Part shown: one piece after another, positions 60,801 to 64,000 of the stretch
How positions within the stretch are numbered: the first letter of the stretch is position 1
How the letters are laid out: each line of letters opens with the position of its first letter
Source: the human T2T-CHM13v2.0 reference genome, Homo sapiens
Assembly (NCBI RefSeq): GCF_009914755.1
Contig: NC_060940.1
Length of the DNA stretch: 64,000 bases
Strand: one strand, 5' to 3'
Translations under genes and position numbers: made by a program
Notes under the pieces: model-generated
What the model saw: only the letters and a program-made list of their open reading frames with translations
Database searches by the model: none
What the model was told of the DNA's origin: nothing

Positions 60801-63647
60801 TTTCATTCGAGTCCATTCGACACTTCCAATCGATTCCATTTGATGTTTCCATTCGAGTCCAATTGATGATTCCATTCAATTCCATTCGATGATGATTCCG
60901 TACGATTCCATTCTGTGATGATTCCATGTGATTGCATTCAATGATGATTCCTTTCGATTGCATTCGATTATGATTCATTTCGTGTTCATTCTATGGTTCC
61001 ACAGGTTTCACATCGTGTCCATTCCATTATTCCATTCTATTCCATTTGATGATGATTCCATTCGATTCCATTCATTGGTGATTCCACTCAATTCCATTCA
61101 ATGATTCCATTCCATTTCTTTCAACAATGATTCCATTAGTTTCTAATCGATGATCCACTTGATTCCATTTGACGATGATTCCATTCTTGTCCATTCGATG
61201 ATTCCATTTGATTCCATATGATGATGATTCCATTCGATTCCACACGATGATTATTCCATTCGAGTCCATTCAATGGTGATTCCATTCAATTCCATTCGAT
61301 GATTCCTTTCGATTCCATTTGATGATGATGGCATTCGATTCCTTTCAATCATTCCCTTTGATTCCACTCAAAGGTGATTTCATTCAAGTCCATTCGATAA
61401 TTGCATTCGATTCCATTCTATGATGATTCCATTCGAGTCCATTTGATGATTCCATTCAATTCAAGTCAATGATGATTCCATTCGATTCCATTCGATGATT
61501 CCATTGGATTCCATTCGATGATGATTCCATTCAAATCCATTCGATAATTCAATTCACGTCCATTCGATGATGATTCCAATCGAATCCATTCAAAGATTCC
61601 ATTCAATTCCATTCGATGATTCCCTTAGATTCCATTCGATGATTCCACTTGATTCCATTTACGATGATTCCATTCGATTCCATGTGATGATTCCATTCAA
61701 TTCTATTCAATGATGTTTCCATTTGATTCCATTCGACCATGATTGCCTTTGATTCCATTCAATGATTCCATTCGGTTCCGTTTGATGATGATTCCGTTCG
61801 ATTCCATTTGATGATTCCATTTGATTCCATTGGATGAGTCCATTCGATTACATTCGATGATTATTCCATTCGAGTGCATTAGATGATTCCATTCGAGTCC
61901 ATTCGATGATTCCATTCGAGTCCATTCGATGATTCCATTCGATTCCATTCGATGTTGATTCTGTTCAAATCCATTCGATGATTCCACTCGATTCCATTCG
62001 ATGACTCCATTTGATCCCATTCGATGATTTCCTTTGATTCCCTTTGATGATCATTCCATTTGATTCAATTCGGTGATTTCATTTGATTCCATTCAGTGAT
62101 GTTTCCATTCGACTCCATTCGATGATGATTCCATTCGACTACATTCGATTATGATTTCATTCAATTCCATTCGATAAAGATTCCCTTCGAGTCCAAACTA
62201 TGATTCCATTCGATTCCATTCAACGATGATTTGATTCGTGTCCATTCGATGATTCCATTTGATTCCACTTGATGAGGATTCCATTCGAGTCCATTTGATG
62301 ATTCCATTCAATTCCATTCTCCGATGATTTCTTTTGAGCCCATTCAATGCTTCCACTCGATTACATATGATGATGACTCCATTCGATGAAACTCGATGAT
62401 GATTCCATTCGCTTGCATTCGATGATGATTCCACTTGAGTCCGTTAGAAGATTCTATTCAATTACATTCCATGACGATTCTGTTCGAGTCCATTTGATGA
62501 TTCCATTACACTCCATTCGACAATGATTCCATTCAATGTTATTCGATGATTCCATTCGATCTCATTCGATGATGATTCCATTCAAGTCCATTCGATGTTT
62601 CCATTCGAGTTCATTCTATTATTCCATTAGATTCCATTCGATGATGATTCCATTCGATTCCATTTGATGATTGCATTCTATTTCATTTGATGATGATTCC
62701 ATTCGAGTCCATTCGATGATTCCATTCGAGTCCATTTAATGAATCCATTGGTTTCAATTCTATGATGATTATATTGGATTCCATTCGTTGATGATTTCAT
62801 TCGATTCCATTCAATGATGATTCCATTCAATTCCATTCAATGATTCCATTCAATTCCATACGATGATGATTCCATTTGATTTGATTCGACAGTGAGCCAT
62901 TCGATTCAATTCCATGATGATTCTGTTTGATTCACTTGGTTGACATTTCCATTCGATTCCATTCGATGATGATTCCATTTGATTCCATTCAAAGATGATT
63001 CCATTCTAGCCCATTCAATCATTCCATTCGATTCTATTCAATGATGATTCCATTCATGTCGATTTGGTGATTCCATTTGACTTCATTTGATGATGATTCC
63101 TTTCAAGTTCATTAGATGATTCCATTCGATTCCATTTGATGATGATCCCATTCGAGTCCATTCAGTGATTCCACTCGTTTCCATTCCATGATGATTCCAT
63201 TCCATTCCATTCAATGATTCCATTCGATTCCGTTTGATGATGATTTCATTCGAGTCCATTTGATGATTCCATTTGATTCCATTCGATGATGATTCCATTC
63301 GAGTCCATTCGATGATTCTATTCGAATCCATTTGATGATTTCTTTTGATTATATTTGGTGATGATTCCATTGGAGTCCATTCAATGATTCCATTCGATTC
63401 CAATCGATGGTGGTTCCATTAGAGTCCATTTAATGATTCCATTTGATTCCAGTCTCTGATGTTTACATTCGAGTCCATACGATGATTCCACTCAATTCCA
63501 TATGATGATGATTCCATTCGATTCCATTCGATGATTCCATTCTATTCTATTCAATGGTGATTCCATTCGAGTACATTAGATGATTCCATTCGATTCCATT
63601 CAATGATGATTCTATTTGTGTCCCTTAGATGATTCCACATGATTCCA
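50984..63647 (+). repeat. Longest higher-order unit: 12,664 bp (~11.8 kb without the internal 840-bp duplication)
   Basis: The marker ORF MES(T/M)AIIIHWNQ occurs at 50984 and next at 63648. Between them, each sequence block found elsewhere in the window occurs once in collinear order, apart from the 840-bp duplication. Confidence 0.75.
56707..58395 (+). repeat. 840-bp direct tandem duplication (two copies)
   Basis: ORF pairs 56875/57715 and 57163/58003 have identical translations at +840. 'gattccattggtatccattcgacg' occurs at 56711 and 57551. About four mismatches were seen, all in the first ~300 bp. Confidence 0.95.
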
Positions 63648-64000
63648 TTAGATGATGATACTATTTGAGCCCATCCAATGATTCCCTTCGATTCCATTCG
63701 ATGAGGATTCCATTCGATTCAATTCATTGGTGATTCTATTCAATTCAATTCTTTGATTCAATTCCATTCCATTCGACAATGATTCCATTCGATTTCTTTC
63801 GATGATTCCACTCAATTTCACTTGACATTGATTCCATTCGATTCCATTCAATGATTCCATTTGATTCCAGTGGATGATGATTGCCGTCGATTCCATTCGA
63901 TCACTCCATTCTGTTCCATTTGATGATGATTACATTCGATTCCATTTGATGATTCCATCTGATTCTATTCGAGGATTCCATTTGATTCCATTCGATGATG

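Larger units (their letters stand above)
1..64000 (+). repeat. Satellite 2 (HSat2/HSATII) pericentromeric tandem array, CATTC strand on +
   Basis: The entire window consists of degenerate CATTC pentamers arranged as CATTCGATTC/CATTCGAGTC plus GATGAT(GAT) spacers. This is the HSat2 signature, as opposed to the near-pure (CATTC)n of HSat3. TCGA and GANTC sites are dense. No non-satellite stretch and no switch to GAATG on + were seen. Confidence 0.97.

Noticed and set aside
414-63896. Over 150 minus-strand ORFs of 60-193 aa rich in MESSNGIEWNH
   Set aside because: These are translations of the GAATG strand, which is ATG-rich and stop-poor, while + is full of TGA. They overlap in several frames, have no domain-like content, and are freely frameshifted between copies (5-bp insert at ~34775, 4-bp at ~57348, 1-bp at ~29883). 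They are not genes.
1-64000. CRISPR-like or other prokaryotic repeat-spacer system
   Set aside because: There are no constant repeats separated by unique spacers and no cas or other genes. Everything is degenerate satellite monomer.
3680-64000. A true ~36-kb super-period (offsets 36014 at 5101/41115 and 36040 at 27608/63648)
   Set aside because: The intervening content differs: three 4.13-kb units plus a 6.1-kb-type unit, versus one 4.13-kb unit plus the long unit. The similar offsets look coincidental and cannot be tested within 64 kb.
1-64000. HSat3 assignment or a strand inversion
   Set aside because: Runs of pure CATTC are at most about three units long, and GATGAT spacers with CATTCGATTC dominate, which indicates HSat2. 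No GAATG-oriented segment was seen on +, and no + strand ORFs are listed.

Overview
The whole 64 kb window is one uninterrupted array of pericentromeric satellite 2 (human HSat2/HSATII type). It is made of diverged CATTC-derived ~23-26 bp monomers (ttccattcgattccattcgatgatga / ttccattcgagtccattcgatga), with the CATTC strand on + throughout. I see no genes, RNA genes, CRISPR arrays, transposon insertions or strand inversions. All listed ORFs are artefacts of translating the GAATG strand. The real information is the nested higher-order structure, read from ORF offsets and diagnostic variants: a 6,111-bp unit (suggesting HSat2B), a tandem array of a 4,130-bp unit, a ~9.9-kb unit, a ~11.8-kb unit (12,664 bp including an 840-bp duplication), and long paralogous blocks at offsets of ~23.4, ~26.0, ~27.7 and ~36.0 kb. 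The shorter units appear to be deletion or sub-segment derivatives of the ~11.8-kb unit, with mosaic conversion tracts. I found no support for a novel protein-coding or defence system. Breakpoints were read by eye and are approximate (about +/-20 bp).
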